A stretch of 30,563 nucleotides of DNA, from positions 4,369 to 34,931 of the forward strand of contig VYEH01000327.1 in the NCBI GenBank assembly GCA_009843005.1, in the 5' to 3' direction. The position numbers and the translations under genes are program-made. Source of the stretch: Pseudomonadota bacterium. GTDB lineage: Bacteria; Pseudomonadota; Gammaproteobacteria; Steroidobacterales; Rariloculaceae. The notes below the pieces were generated by a model. That model searched no databases. It was given only the letters and a program-made list of their open reading frames with translations, and was not told the origin of the DNA. Shown here piece after piece: positions 18,404-27,410 of the stretch (positions are counted from its first letter, which is position 1; every line of letters starts with the position of its first letter).

Positions 18404-18919
18404 TCAGGTGTAGCAAATTTCCGACCATTTCTCAACGGACTCGTCACCCAGAATGGTCTGCATCAGGATGACCCCGACAGCATCGGGATCGGGTGCCCTG
18501 AATCGATAGGCGGCGCCCGTGGGCAGCAATGCCTGGTGCCCGCGCCACATCCTGATCCTGCCCATCTTTCGGCCGACCGGTTCGCCGTCGAGTTTCACGG
18601 CGCCCTCCTTGTCGGGCGGTGCGATGCTGTGCGGATCGTCCAGCTTGACCAGGTCCAGTTCCACGGTGCCGTCCATGACCAGCGCGAACTCGTCATGGGC
18701 AGCGGTGTACCAGTCCGAAGTGCCCTCGGCGCGGATGGCCTCCAGGACGTATTCGACGTTCTTGCCGACCACCACCCGCTCGTATGGCGCTGACGTTGCA
18801 GCGACTTCGAACATGTTCGAGAACGCGTAGTTCTTGCGATCGTCGTTTATGATCTCGATCTCGCCCTTGGTGTAATCCTTGAGCGAGCCGAACACCGTTC
18901 GGAACTCCGTCATGGCCAT
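18404..18919 (-). CDS. hapC: Hydroquinone 1,2-dioxygenase small subunit
   Basis: ATG 18919 behind GGAGG. FRTVFGSL.DY.KG.IEIINDD, YAFSNMFEVA, AHDEF, GHQALLP and KWSEIC. Confidence 0.92.
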   Translation of the reverse strand: MAMTEFRTVFGSLKDYTKGEIEIINDDRKNYAFSNMFEVAATSAPYERVVVGKNVEYVLEAIRAEGTSDWYTAAHDEFALVMDGTVELDLVKLDDPHSIAPPDKEGAVKLDGEPVGRKMGRIRMWRGHQALLPTGAAYRFRAPDPDAVGVILMQTILGDESVEKWSEICYT

Positions 18920-19056
18920 AAGAGTTTTCCCTCCGGCTCGAGTTTCATAGATTCCCGGTCGCGCCGTCATCGGCCACTCCGGAATCGCCGATAATTGGTT
19001 TGCGGAGTCTATCCGCATGCCCTCCGGCGGGGCAATACGCACGGATTACTCCCGGT

Positions 19057-20694
19057 TCATTCGCACATGAAATTGCCCGCAACCCAATTCGCCGGGTCGT
19101 TCGGATCGCCATCGCCGACGTAGGCCGCCTGTTGGGGATGCGGACAAACAATCCGTTCGTTGTCCACGACGTCGGTCTGGCGCTGCACCCGCTGCACCGT
19201 CATGGAATCCGGCGCTACGCCGTTTTCCACCCAGTCCACCATGTGCTCCAGCCGGTCCCACCTGCTCGGACCGGGTCCGCCCCCGCAGTGGGCCATGCCG
19301 GGAATCATGAACAGCCGCACGGCATCGTCCGCGGTCGCGCGGTCGCCGTCGAAGGTGGCATCGACCACTTCGCTGTAATAGTCCACGATCGGCTCGGCGG
19401 GGATGATCGTGTCGGCCCAGCCATGGTAAATAAGCAACTTGCCCCCTTCCTGTATCAGGTAACGAGTCAGATTCGGATCGTCCGCATCGGTTATGTCGCG
19501 CATGGTGTCGCCGAGTCCGGCGGTGAAGTCGTCAAAGTCGAATTGCCACCAGGCAAACTCCGGCGGTTCCCGGGTAGGATCGGGCGCCAGCGAGAGGTCG
19601 GTCGGTCGCGTCGTGGGCACTCCCGGGTCGGTATCGTAGAAGAGAAAATTCACGTAGTCCGATGCCAGTCCCATCTGGCCGGGACGGTGGTTGTTGCCCT
19701 GGTGCGGGATCACGACCCTCGGCCAGAGCACCTCGGTCCCGAACGATTTGCCCTTGTAGATGGACTTGCCCCGGGAATCATAGGGGCCGCTGTAGATGTC
19801 CTTGATGGCCTGGAGCTGTGTGGTCGTGAAGCAGTCGTCCGCGTTCACGTCATTCGGGCACATGGCATGGGCGAGGTCCCGTTCCGGTGAAAAGTCGCAC
19901 GACAGGGGATCGTTGATCACCCGGTCCGTGATTCCGTCGTTGGCGTCGCATTGGGCGAGCACGGCTTCGGTCAGCATGTTGGCCTTGGTGAGGCTGTCGA
20001 GCTGGCCGTCGCCGGTGGTGTCGAAGGCGAGCGACGCGGCGTGGTTGTCCTTGAGCATGATCTGCATGTCCCAGTTGTGGGTGAGATTCAGTCGCTGCAG
20101 GAAGGAGGCCGGAGCGCCGGCGACGATGCCGTCGAAGGTTGCAGGCAGCCGCTGTGCAGCCATCAGCCCCTGGCGCCCGCCGGTGGAGCAGCCTTCGTGG
20201 TAGGCGTAGTCCGCCGGCCGGCCGTAGTAGGCTCTGATGGCCCGCTTGGCCGCCGCGGTCGTCACTTCAAGGTGGCGATAGCCGTAGACTATTTCGGCCT
20301 GGCGGTTGTTGAACGCCCACGTTGCCCCGGGCTGTGAACCGCTGTCGTGGCCCATGTTGCTGTTGGCAACTGCGTATCCCTGGGCAACTCTGTGGGGCGC
20401 GTAGTCCAGGTCGCCATCGTGTCCGCCATCGCCCCAGTGAAGGAATCGCCCGTTCCAGGCTTCCGGCGGCGGCAATTGCACGTACCAGGTGATGCCGGGA
20501 GCGATCAGGCCCTGTACGTGACAATGGGGGGGAAACCGCTCGTCGCCAGGGCGCCATTCCGCCCGGTACAGAGTCAGGTTGCGCGTATTGATCATGCTTT
20601 CGCAGTGTGCGGTCTGATCGTCCTGGCCGTAGCCGGGGGTGGCGCATGCCAGCCAACCGAGAACAGGCATGAGCGCCGCTGCCAGTGTTTTCAT
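19057..20694 (-). CDS. Secreted tannase/feruloyl esterase family hydrolase
   Basis: Signal peptide, EGCSTGGRQG, FDGIVAGAP, YHGWAD and PGMAHCGGG, i.e. the CS-D-HC disulfide motif. Start moved to 20694. Confidence 0.9.
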   Translation of the reverse strand: MKTLAAALMPVLGWLACATPGYGQDDQTAHCESMINTRNLTLYRAEWRPGDERFPPHCHVQGLIAPGITWYVQLPPPEAWNGRFLHWGDGGHDGDLDYAPHRVAQGYAVANSNMGHDSGSQPGATWAFNNRQAEIVYGYRHLEVTTAAAKRAIRAYYGRPADYAYHEGCSTGGRQGLMAAQRLPATFDGIVAGAPASFLQRLNLTHNWDMQIMLKDNHAASLAFDTTGDGQLDSLTKANMLTEAVLAQCDANDGITDRVINDPLSCDFSPERDLAHAMCPNDVNADDCFTTTQLQAIKDIYSGPYDSRGKSIYKGKSFGTEVLWPRVVIPHQGNNHRPGQMGLASDYVNFLFYDTDPGVPTTRPTDLSLAPDPTREPPEFAWWQFDFDDFTAGLGDTMRDITDADDPNLTRYLIQEGGKLLIYHGWADTIIPAEPIVDYYSEVVDATFDGDRATADDAVRLFMIPGMAHCGGGPGPSRWDRLEHMVDWVENGVAPDSMTVQRVQRQTDVVDNERIVCPHPQQAAYVGDGDPNDPANWVAGNFMCE

Positions 20695-20911
20695 TCTTCG
20701 CCTCCCGTCACGAAACAGCTGATGTGAAGTGCGCCAGAGATTACGCTGGCGGGCTTTGTTTGTCGATTTGGTGGCGGAACTGGAATTGAACCGCAAGTGC
20801 CGCCGAATCAGAGTTTTCCATATACAATGGTCGGCGCCGGACCGGGCAGATGCCGTCTCGATCTACAGGTCGGGAATGGGCAGGCGGTCAAGAACAACAG
20901 GTGAAAAACGG

Positions 20912-21733
20912 ATGAGGCGAATCACTTGCGGGCTCGTTGCGCTCGTTGCCGGTTTCATGTGTTTTCCCGCATTCGGTCAGTACGATCTCTCTGGCGAGTG
21001 GTCGCCGCGCTATCACGAAGACCAACCCGAGCGCATCCCGGGACCGGACATGGTGGAATTCCAGGGCATTCCCATCAACGAAGCCGGCCGACTGCGCGGC
21101 CTGAGCTGGAGCCCGTCCCTGCTGACGGTGCCCGAACACCAGTGCAAGCCGCATCCCTCCGACTATGCCCATCGCGGTCCCGGCCGCATGCGCATCTGGA
21201 ACGAATACGACTCCGCCAGCCAGCAATTGATCGCGATTCACACGCGGCTGAGGTGGCAGGCGCCGGAGCGCACCATCTGGATGGATGGCCGGGCGCATCC
21301 GCCGGAGTACGCCGCCCATACCTGGCAAGGGTTCTCCACGGGACGGTGGGACGGCGAAATGCTGACGGTGACGACCACCCATCTCAAACAGGGATGGTAT
21401 CGCCGCAACGGTCTGGCGCGAAGCGACCGGGCCCACGTCACCGAACATTTCATACGCCACGACAACTACCTCACGCAGATCGTGATCATCGACGATCCGG
21501 TGTACCTCACCGAGCCGTTCATCCGCACCAATAACTGGGTGCTGGACCCGCGCCAGCAGATCGCTCCCTATCTCTGCGATATCGTCGTGGAAGTGGACCG
21601 TCCGCAGGGAACCGTGCCGCACTACCTGCCCGGACAGAACCCGTTTCTGGAAGAACACGCCGATCGCTATCAACTGCCCCTGGAGGGTGTCCTGGGCGGC
21701 GCCGAGACGACCTATCCCGAATTCATCGAGTAA
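20912..21733 (+). CDS. Secreted TTHL-motif protein of unknown function (DUF6152-associated)
   Basis: Signal peptide MRRITCGL...PAFG, DLSGEW, RTIWMDGR, GFSTGRWDG and VTTTHL. Confidence 0.7.
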   Translation: MRRITCGLVALVAGFMCFPAFGQYDLSGEWSPRYHEDQPERIPGPDMVEFQGIPINEAGRLRGLSWSPSLLTVPEHQCKPHPSDYAHRGPGRMRIWNEYDSASQQLIAIHTRLRWQAPERTIWMDGRAHPPEYAAHTWQGFSTGRWDGEMLTVTTTHLKQGWYRRNGLARSDRAHVTEHFIRHDNYLTQIVIIDDPVYLTEPFIRTNNWVLDPRQQIAPYLCDIVVEVDRPQGTVPHYLPGQNPFLEEHADRYQLPLEGVLGGAETTYPEFIE

Positions 21734-22732
21734 TTGTTAGCCATGGACTGGTTAAACGTCCGGAACCAACGCAGGACAGTCGCGAATATTCAATCGTGTG
21801 CCTTGCTGGCCGTTTGCCTCTGGGGCGTCGGCGCCGTCGCCTACGACGGAGGCGCAGAGGCGCAGGCCGAGATCGGCGTGCTGCCCGTGCAGGGTAATGT
21901 CTACATGCTGGTCGGAGCCGACGGCAATGTGACCATTCAGGTGGGCGAGGAGGGCGTCCTCATCGTAGACACCCTGCGCGAAGAGTTGAGCGATCGGCTG
22001 CTGGCGACGATTCGGGAGCTGTCCGACGGGCCGATCCGCTATCTCATCAGCACGCATGCACACGCGGACAATACAGGGGGCAATGCAACCATCGCCCAGG
22101 CAGGCAGCAACATCGCCGGGGGGAATGTGCTGGGTGCGATTGCCGACGCCGGAGAAACCGCAAAGATCATCGCACACGAAAACGTGCTCATCTCGATGAG
22201 TGCCGCCGAGACACCGTTACCGTTCGCAGCCTGGCCAACGGATACGTACTTTACGGACCGCAAGGAAGTGTTCTTCAACGGGGAGGCCGTGCAGGTCCTG
22301 CACCAGCCCGCGGCGCATACGGACGGGGACAGCATCGTATTTTTCCGCCGCTCGGACGTCATCAGTACCGGAGACATTTTTCTCACTACCCACTACCCGT
22401 ACATCGACCGGGACAATGGCGGAACCTATCAGGGAATCATCGATGCGTTGAACCGCATCATCGACCTGACCGTGCCGGCTGACCGGCAGGAGGGCGGAAC
22501 CATGGTGATCCCGGGGCAGGGACGGCTGTGCGACGAAGCCGATGTGGTGGAGTATCGCGACATGCTGACCATCATTCGTGACCGGATTCGCTACCTGTTG
22601 GGGCAGGGTGCGTCCCTTCGGGAAGTTCTGGATGCCCGGCCGACGCTGGATTACGATGGCCGTTATGGCGCCGATTCGGGGTCTTGGACCACGGTGCAGT
22701 TCATCACGGCGATCTACGAGGAAATGAGTTAG
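21734..22732 (+). CDS. Secreted MBL-fold metallo-hydrolase (cyclase-like) with variant metal motifs
   Basis: GNVYMLVGA, THAHADNTGGN, AHTDGDS, TGDIF and IPGQG. The true start may be ATG 21743. Confidence 0.85.
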   Translation: MLAMDWLNVRNQRRTVANIQSCALLAVCLWGVGAVAYDGGAEAQAEIGVLPVQGNVYMLVGADGNVTIQVGEEGVLIVDTLREELSDRLLATIRELSDGPIRYLISTHAHADNTGGNATIAQAGSNIAGGNVLGAIADAGETAKIIAHENVLISMSAAETPLPFAAWPTDTYFTDRKEVFFNGEAVQVLHQPAAHTDGDSIVFFRRSDVISTGDIFLTTHYPYIDRDNGGTYQGIIDALNRIIDLTVPADRQEGGTMVIPGQGRLCDEADVVEYRDMLTIIRDRIRYLLGQGASLREVLDARPTLDYDGRYGADSGSWTTVQFITAIYEEMS

Positions 22733-22742
22733 AAGAGAGGGC

Positions 22743-23138
22743 TTGGTACGGATGAAACTACGACTCGCAGCGGCGCTCGCGGGCGTCGTGGTGACCTTGG
22801 GTTTGCAGGCAACGGCGCATCATTCGTTTTCCGCGACGTATCACATCGACGAGCAAATTATGATCGAGGGCCGGCTGGTGGCCTTCCTCTACCGTAATCC
22901 CCATGCCTTCCTGCACGTGAACGTGACCGACGAAGAAGGCGACACTGCGCGCTGGGCCATAGAGTGGGGCGGTGCGGCGGTGCTGACCTCCCAGAGCGTC
23001 ACCCGTGAGACCCTCAAGCCGGGAGACTTCGTTGTCGTCACCGGCAACCCGGGACGCAACCCGGAGGACCACCGCATGCGCATGCAGCACATCGAGCGGC
23101 CGTCGGACGGTTGGGCGTGGGGCGGTGAGTTTGACTGA
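22743..23138 (+). CDS. Secreted DUF6152-like protein
   Basis: Signal peptide ending ATA, then HHSFSATY...RNPH...WAIEWGG...LKPGDFVVVTGNP. Alternative start at ATG 22752. Confidence 0.8.
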   Translation: MVRMKLRLAAALAGVVVTLGLQATAHHSFSATYHIDEQIMIEGRLVAFLYRNPHAFLHVNVTDEEGDTARWAIEWGGAAVLTSQSVTRETLKPGDFVVVTGNPGRNPEDHRMRMQHIERPSDGWAWGGEFD

Positions 23139-23883
23139 ACCACTTCGGTTGCGCGCCCGGATACTCATTGCATGCGTCGCCCTGCCGGCGCTGGCTCACG
23201 ATGTTGCGGCGCAGGAATTGGTCACCGCGCGGGAAGTCGCACCGGTGGACCTGACCGGCTACTGGACGGCGGTGGTGACGGAAGACTGGCGCTGGCGAAT
23301 GGTGACGCCTCCAAAGGGCGATTACGCAAGCCTCCCGCTCAATGACGAGGGACGTCGAATTGCCGATGGCTGGGATCCGGAGGCGGAAGGCGACGCTTGC
23401 AAGGTATACGGCGCCGCCGGCGTGATGCGCATGCCGTTGCGGGTCCGTATCACCTGGGAAAACGACAATACGCTCCGCATCGATACCGATCACGGCATGC
23501 AGACACGCTTGCTGAATTTCGATCCTGCAGCGGCAGCTCCGGCCGAACACTCGCTTCAGGGTCACTCCGCGGCGCACTGGGGACGGGAGGATATCGGGTT
23601 CGACCGAGAGGACTGGCAGGAGTCCAATATCGGTACCATGTTGAAGGTGACCACCACCCACCTGAGCCCCGGATTCCTGCGCAGGAACGGCGTGCCGTAC
23701 GGCAGCGACACGGTCATGACGGAGTACTATGATCGCCATGCGGCATACGGCGAGGAGTGGTTTACCGTTACGACCATCGTCAGCGACCCGCAGCACCTGA
23801 CCCAGGAGTTCATCACCAGTTCCAGCTTCAAGCGATTGCCCGACGGTTCTTCCTGGAATCCGGTCCCGTGCGGTTCCTATTGA
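23131..23883 (+). CDS. Secreted TTHL-motif protein of unknown function (DUF6152-associated)
   Basis: Probable TTG start overlapping the upstream stop (TTGACTGA). DLTGYW, CKVYGAAG, VTTTHL, LRRNGVPY and terminal W.PVPC. Confidence 0.7.
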   Translation: MTEPLRLRARILIACVALPALAHDVAAQELVTAREVAPVDLTGYWTAVVTEDWRWRMVTPPKGDYASLPLNDEGRRIADGWDPEAEGDACKVYGAAGVMRMPLRVRITWENDNTLRIDTDHGMQTRLLNFDPAAAAPAEHSLQGHSAAHWGREDIGFDREDWQESNIGTMLKVTTTHLSPGFLRRNGVPYGSDTVMTEYYDRHAAYGEEWFTVTTIVSDPQHLTQEFITSSSFKRLPDGSSWNPVPCGSY

Positions 23884-23996
23884 AGCGGTCGCGGCCCATC
23901 AGGAGTCATTTCAATGAATATTTGCAGTAGATCCCAACCGCATACTGTCGCCGGGGCGGGCGGTGTCAGGCACATTCATTTCAGGGAGGAAAGAGC

Positions 23997-24341
23997 ATGA
24001 GCAAGATGGCGAGAGGTCTGGCGCCTGTCATGGTTGCGCTGATCTTCGGCACAGCGGCGATGTCCCAGGATCGGTTGCAGAGAGGCAAGGAAGTCTACGA
24101 CTATTGGTGCATCAACTGCCATGGGAGCTTTCCCGGTACGCCGGGGACACAGGCGCTTGAGGTGCTCTACAGGGGACTCAAGCCCGCCGACCTGGAAGAG
24201 CGAACCGATTTGCCGGCGGAACTGGTAAGACTCTACGTGCGTACCGGCGTGTCCATCATGCCGACTTTTCGCAAGACGGAAATCAGCGACGAGGACCTGG
24301 AGGCACTCGTGGCCTACCTGGCGTTCGACTACGAGCCCTAG
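23997..24341 (+). CDS. Monoheme class I cytochrome c (type usually partnered with flavoprotein hydroxylases)
   Basis: Signal peptide, CINCH heme motif, distal Met in GVSIMP, GGAGG RBS. Confidence 0.88.
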   Translation: MSKMARGLAPVMVALIFGTAAMSQDRLQRGKEVYDYWCINCHGSFPGTPGTQALEVLYRGLKPADLEERTDLPAELVRLYVRTGVSIMPTFRKTEISDEDLEALVAYLAFDYEP

Positions 24342-24405
24342 TGCTCCATCAACCTCATAACGCCGTATCGGTGGCCGCAGGGTTGACAGATCTCGACACG
24401 ACGAC

Positions 24406-25749
24406 ATGAAAACAGTACCGCTGATCTCGGCAGCAGAGGCTGCGCGCAAGGTCAAATCCGGCGACATACTGGTCGTTGGCGGATTTGGCATGACCGGTAC
24501 GCCGATTCACCTGCTGGATGCGATCGCCGAAACCGACGTCGGGGGCCTCACGATGATCGCCAACAACATCGGCGAGCCCGGTCTCGGGGGCGGCCGAATG
24601 CTGCGTAACGGGCAGATCAGCAAGGCGATCGGTTCCTATTTCACCACCAATCGCGAGGCCGTCGAGGCCTATCTGTCCGGGGATATCGACATTGAACTGC
24701 TGCCCCAGGGCAGCATGGCCGAGGCGATTCGCGCGGGAGGAGCCGGCCTCGGCGGGTTCTATACGCCCACTTCTGCCGGAACGCCGCTGGCAGAGGGGCG
24801 CGACACCCGCATCATCGGCGGCAAGGAGCATGTTTTCCAGCCGGCCCTGACTGCGGACGTGGCGCTGATACGCGCCTGGCAGGCCGATACCTCCGGCAAT
24901 CTCGTGTACCGCAGGACCGAGAACAACTTCAACCAGGCAGCGGCCACTGCCGGTAAACTGGTCATTGCCGAGGCGGAGACAGTCGTTCCCGTGGGGGAAC
25001 TGGACCCGGATCATATCCATACGCCCGGCTGTTTCGTCGACTACCTGGTCGAGGCGCATACCACACTTGAAGAGTTGGGCAGTTCCGCCTCGGTGTCCGG
25101 CAGTCTGAAGAAGGTGAGCGCGGCGCGCATGACCATGGCGCGGGCGGCGCTGGAGGAACTCGGTCCGGGCGATGTCGTCAATCTGGGCATCGGCATTCCC
25201 ACCCTCGTAGCTGATTTGATCACGCCCGGGCACGGCATCATCATGCACACCGAGAACGGTATGCTCGGCGTCGGTCCGGAACCGGAATCCGGCGGAGCCA
25301 TGGACTACCCGGTCAACGCAGGCAAGATCCCGGTGACCGCCTTGCCGGGCAGCAGCTAGTTCGACAGCGCAAGTTCCTTCGGCATGATCCGCGGCGGGCA
25401 CGTGGATGTGGCGATCATGGGCGGTTTGCAGGTGGATGAGAGCGCCAATCTTGCCAACTGGGCCATTCCCGGCAAGCCGCTTCTGGGGGTAGGGGGCGCG
25501 ATGGACCTCGCCTCGGGTGTTCGGAAGTTGATCGTGACGATGACGCACACAAGCCGGGACGGGGCCGCCAAGATCGTTCCGGAGTGCACGCTGCCGTTGA
25601 CCGCCGTCGGGGCGGTGAGCGTGATCGTCACGGAACTGGCCAAGTTCCGTTTCGTCGATGGGCGCCTGACTCTGGTCGAGGTCATGCCGGGAGCGACGCT
25701 TGACGATATCCGTGCCAGGACGACGGCGCAATTCGAGGTTCGGGTCTGA
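24406..25749 (+). pseudogene. Fused alpha/beta 3-oxoacid (3-oxoadipate-type) CoA-transferase interrupted by an in-frame TAG at 25357-25359
   Basis: Alpha motifs [19 protein letters not shown] and GFYTPT; beta motifs VNLGIGIPT and HTENG. Reads [18 protein letters not shown] and continues in the same frame to 25749. Could be a sequencing error. Confidence 0.8.
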
Positions 25750-25856
25750 AGCGCCGGGTCATCAATGCGAAATGGGCCGACGCAGGGGCACTTATCGGAT
25801 GGCGCAGATTCACATTGACCCGAATCGTATTAACCAAAACACGAGAAGTGACACAT

Positions 25857-27329
25857 ATGTTATTGAAAAGAAGGAACATATACTACGTGATTCACGCTGC
25901 GCTCGGCGTTTATCTACTGTCGTTGGGCGAATTTGCCGACGCCCAGTTACCGACCATGTCGCAGGACTCGCTGGACCAATATCCAACTTCCGAACATGAT
26001 CGGCGCGTCAGCGCGATCGAGTCCTTTGACGACGTGCTGGAAGGTTGGGAGCGCCGCGCCAGAACCGGCAACATCATGAGCACCTACGACGTGCAGGTGA
26101 TCGCGACCTACGATCCTGGCGAACCCAGGTTCGAACCGCAACCGGGGAAGACCTACTTCTACGAAAACCTGGGCACCTCGACGGCGTTCTATTCGGCCGG
26201 ACGCAGGGCGGCGGCAGTGGAGGGCAACCAGGTCGTGGTCGGGGACGCCGAGACCAAGGAAGTCATCGCATCCTACATGTTGGCGCCCGAATTGCGCAGC
26301 AGCATGCACACCACCTTCATGTCTCCCGACGGCCGGTATGTGTATATCATCGGTTCGCCGTCGGGAGAACCAACCGGATTGGTCGCACTCGCCGGGTCGG
26401 CATCCCTGGTCAAGGTCGACGCCCTCACGCTGCAGCCGGTCAAACAGATGAACGTCGGCGGGCGATTGCACCATGGGCAGATCTTTCGGGACGAGTACCT
26501 GTTGATAGACACCTTCGGGCGGGACGACGATGGGCTGGACCTGTTCCTGTTCGACCCGGAGACGGACCAGATCATCGGTGGGGTCCGCGACGAGGACCTG
26601 GGAGGCGCAACGTATACGGCGTATACGGACGACGAGTACATTTACGTGCTGATGGAACCCGTGGGTTACGGCCCCATGGCCTTGACCGGATACATTGGCG
26701 CAACCAATCTGGGACTGGGACGCATCACGGCGTTGCGGCCGTTCTGGGTCACGCAAATCGACCCGGATACCTGGGAAGTTGTGGGCGAATATCCATATCC
26801 GGGTTTTCGGGGCGACTGGATCCTGATCGACGACGCCAGCGAGTACATCTACGTGCCTGGCGGCGGTTCCCACAGCCTGTCCAAGATCGAGCTTGCGACC
26901 GGCGACATTGCATGGCACCGATCGACCGGAATCGGCCCCTACGGCGCTTCGTTCAATGCGGACCAGGCAGAAATCTGGGTGGCGGACAAGGGTGAGGCGA
27001 ACGGATTCTTCGGGCGCACGCTGACCGTCTTCGATACGGCTACCGGGCAACCACTGGAAACCCTGTTCTCCGGTTATGTCGTCGATCACGTGCTGCTGTC
27101 GCCCAACGGCAAGGAGATGTGGGCCACCGCTAACGGCGACGCACAGATATTCGTATACGACGCTACCACGCGGGAAGAGACCCACGTCATCGACATGCCC
27201 AATTGGGGCGAACCCCACGGTCTGGTCTGGGTGCATTATGATATGGATGGAAACGCGCGCGTGGTTCGGGACCAGGGCGGTTTCCGCGGCGGCATCGACC
27301 CGGTTGCGGGTGTCGTCCTGAATTACTGA
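25857..27329 (+). CDS. Secreted YncE/YVTN-like beta-propeller protein
   Basis: Hydrophobic N-terminus and repeats such as MSPDGRYVY, FNADQAEIWVAD, LSPNGKEMWAT and PHGL. No CxxCH. Confidence 0.7.
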   Translation: MLLKRRNIYYVIHAALGVYLLSLGEFADAQLPTMSQDSLDQYPTSEHDRRVSAIESFDDVLEGWERRARTGNIMSTYDVQVIATYDPGEPRFEPQPGKTYFYENLGTSTAFYSAGRRAAAVEGNQVVVGDAETKEVIASYMLAPELRSSMHTTFMSPDGRYVYIIGSPSGEPTGLVALAGSASLVKVDALTLQPVKQMNVGGRLHHGQIFRDEYLLIDTFGRDDDGLDLFLFDPETDQIIGGVRDEDLGGATYTAYTDDEYIYVLMEPVGYGPMALTGYIGATNLGLGRITALRPFWVTQIDPDTWEVVGEYPYPGFRGDWILIDDASEYIYVPGGGSHSLSKIELATGDIAWHRSTGIGPYGASFNADQAEIWVADKGEANGFFGRTLTVFDTATGQPLETLFSGYVVDHVLLSPNGKEMWATANGDAQIFVYDATTREETHVIDMPNWGEPHGLVWVHYDMDGNARVVRDQGGFRGGIDPVAGVVLNY

Positions 27330-27410
27330 TCGCATGGCGTCAGGGGTGGCTTTCCCAATTTCGGGACCATGCTGCCAGGCGGATAGATGCCAGGCAGGTG
27401 CAGGAGGATA

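Noticed and set aside
20769-20792. tRNA-3'-like fragment (TGGTGGCGGAACTGGAATTGAACC) as an att site
   Set aside because: It does not match the tRNA-Leu sequence, the T-loop spacing is off by one, and the T-stem does not pair.
25357-25359. Amber recoding (pyrrolysine or alternative genetic code) of the TAG in the CoA-transferase
   Set aside because: TAG ends several apparently complete genes here (2061, 4179, 11629, 24341, 28703), no pyl genes are visible, and the position is a one-base change from Tyr.
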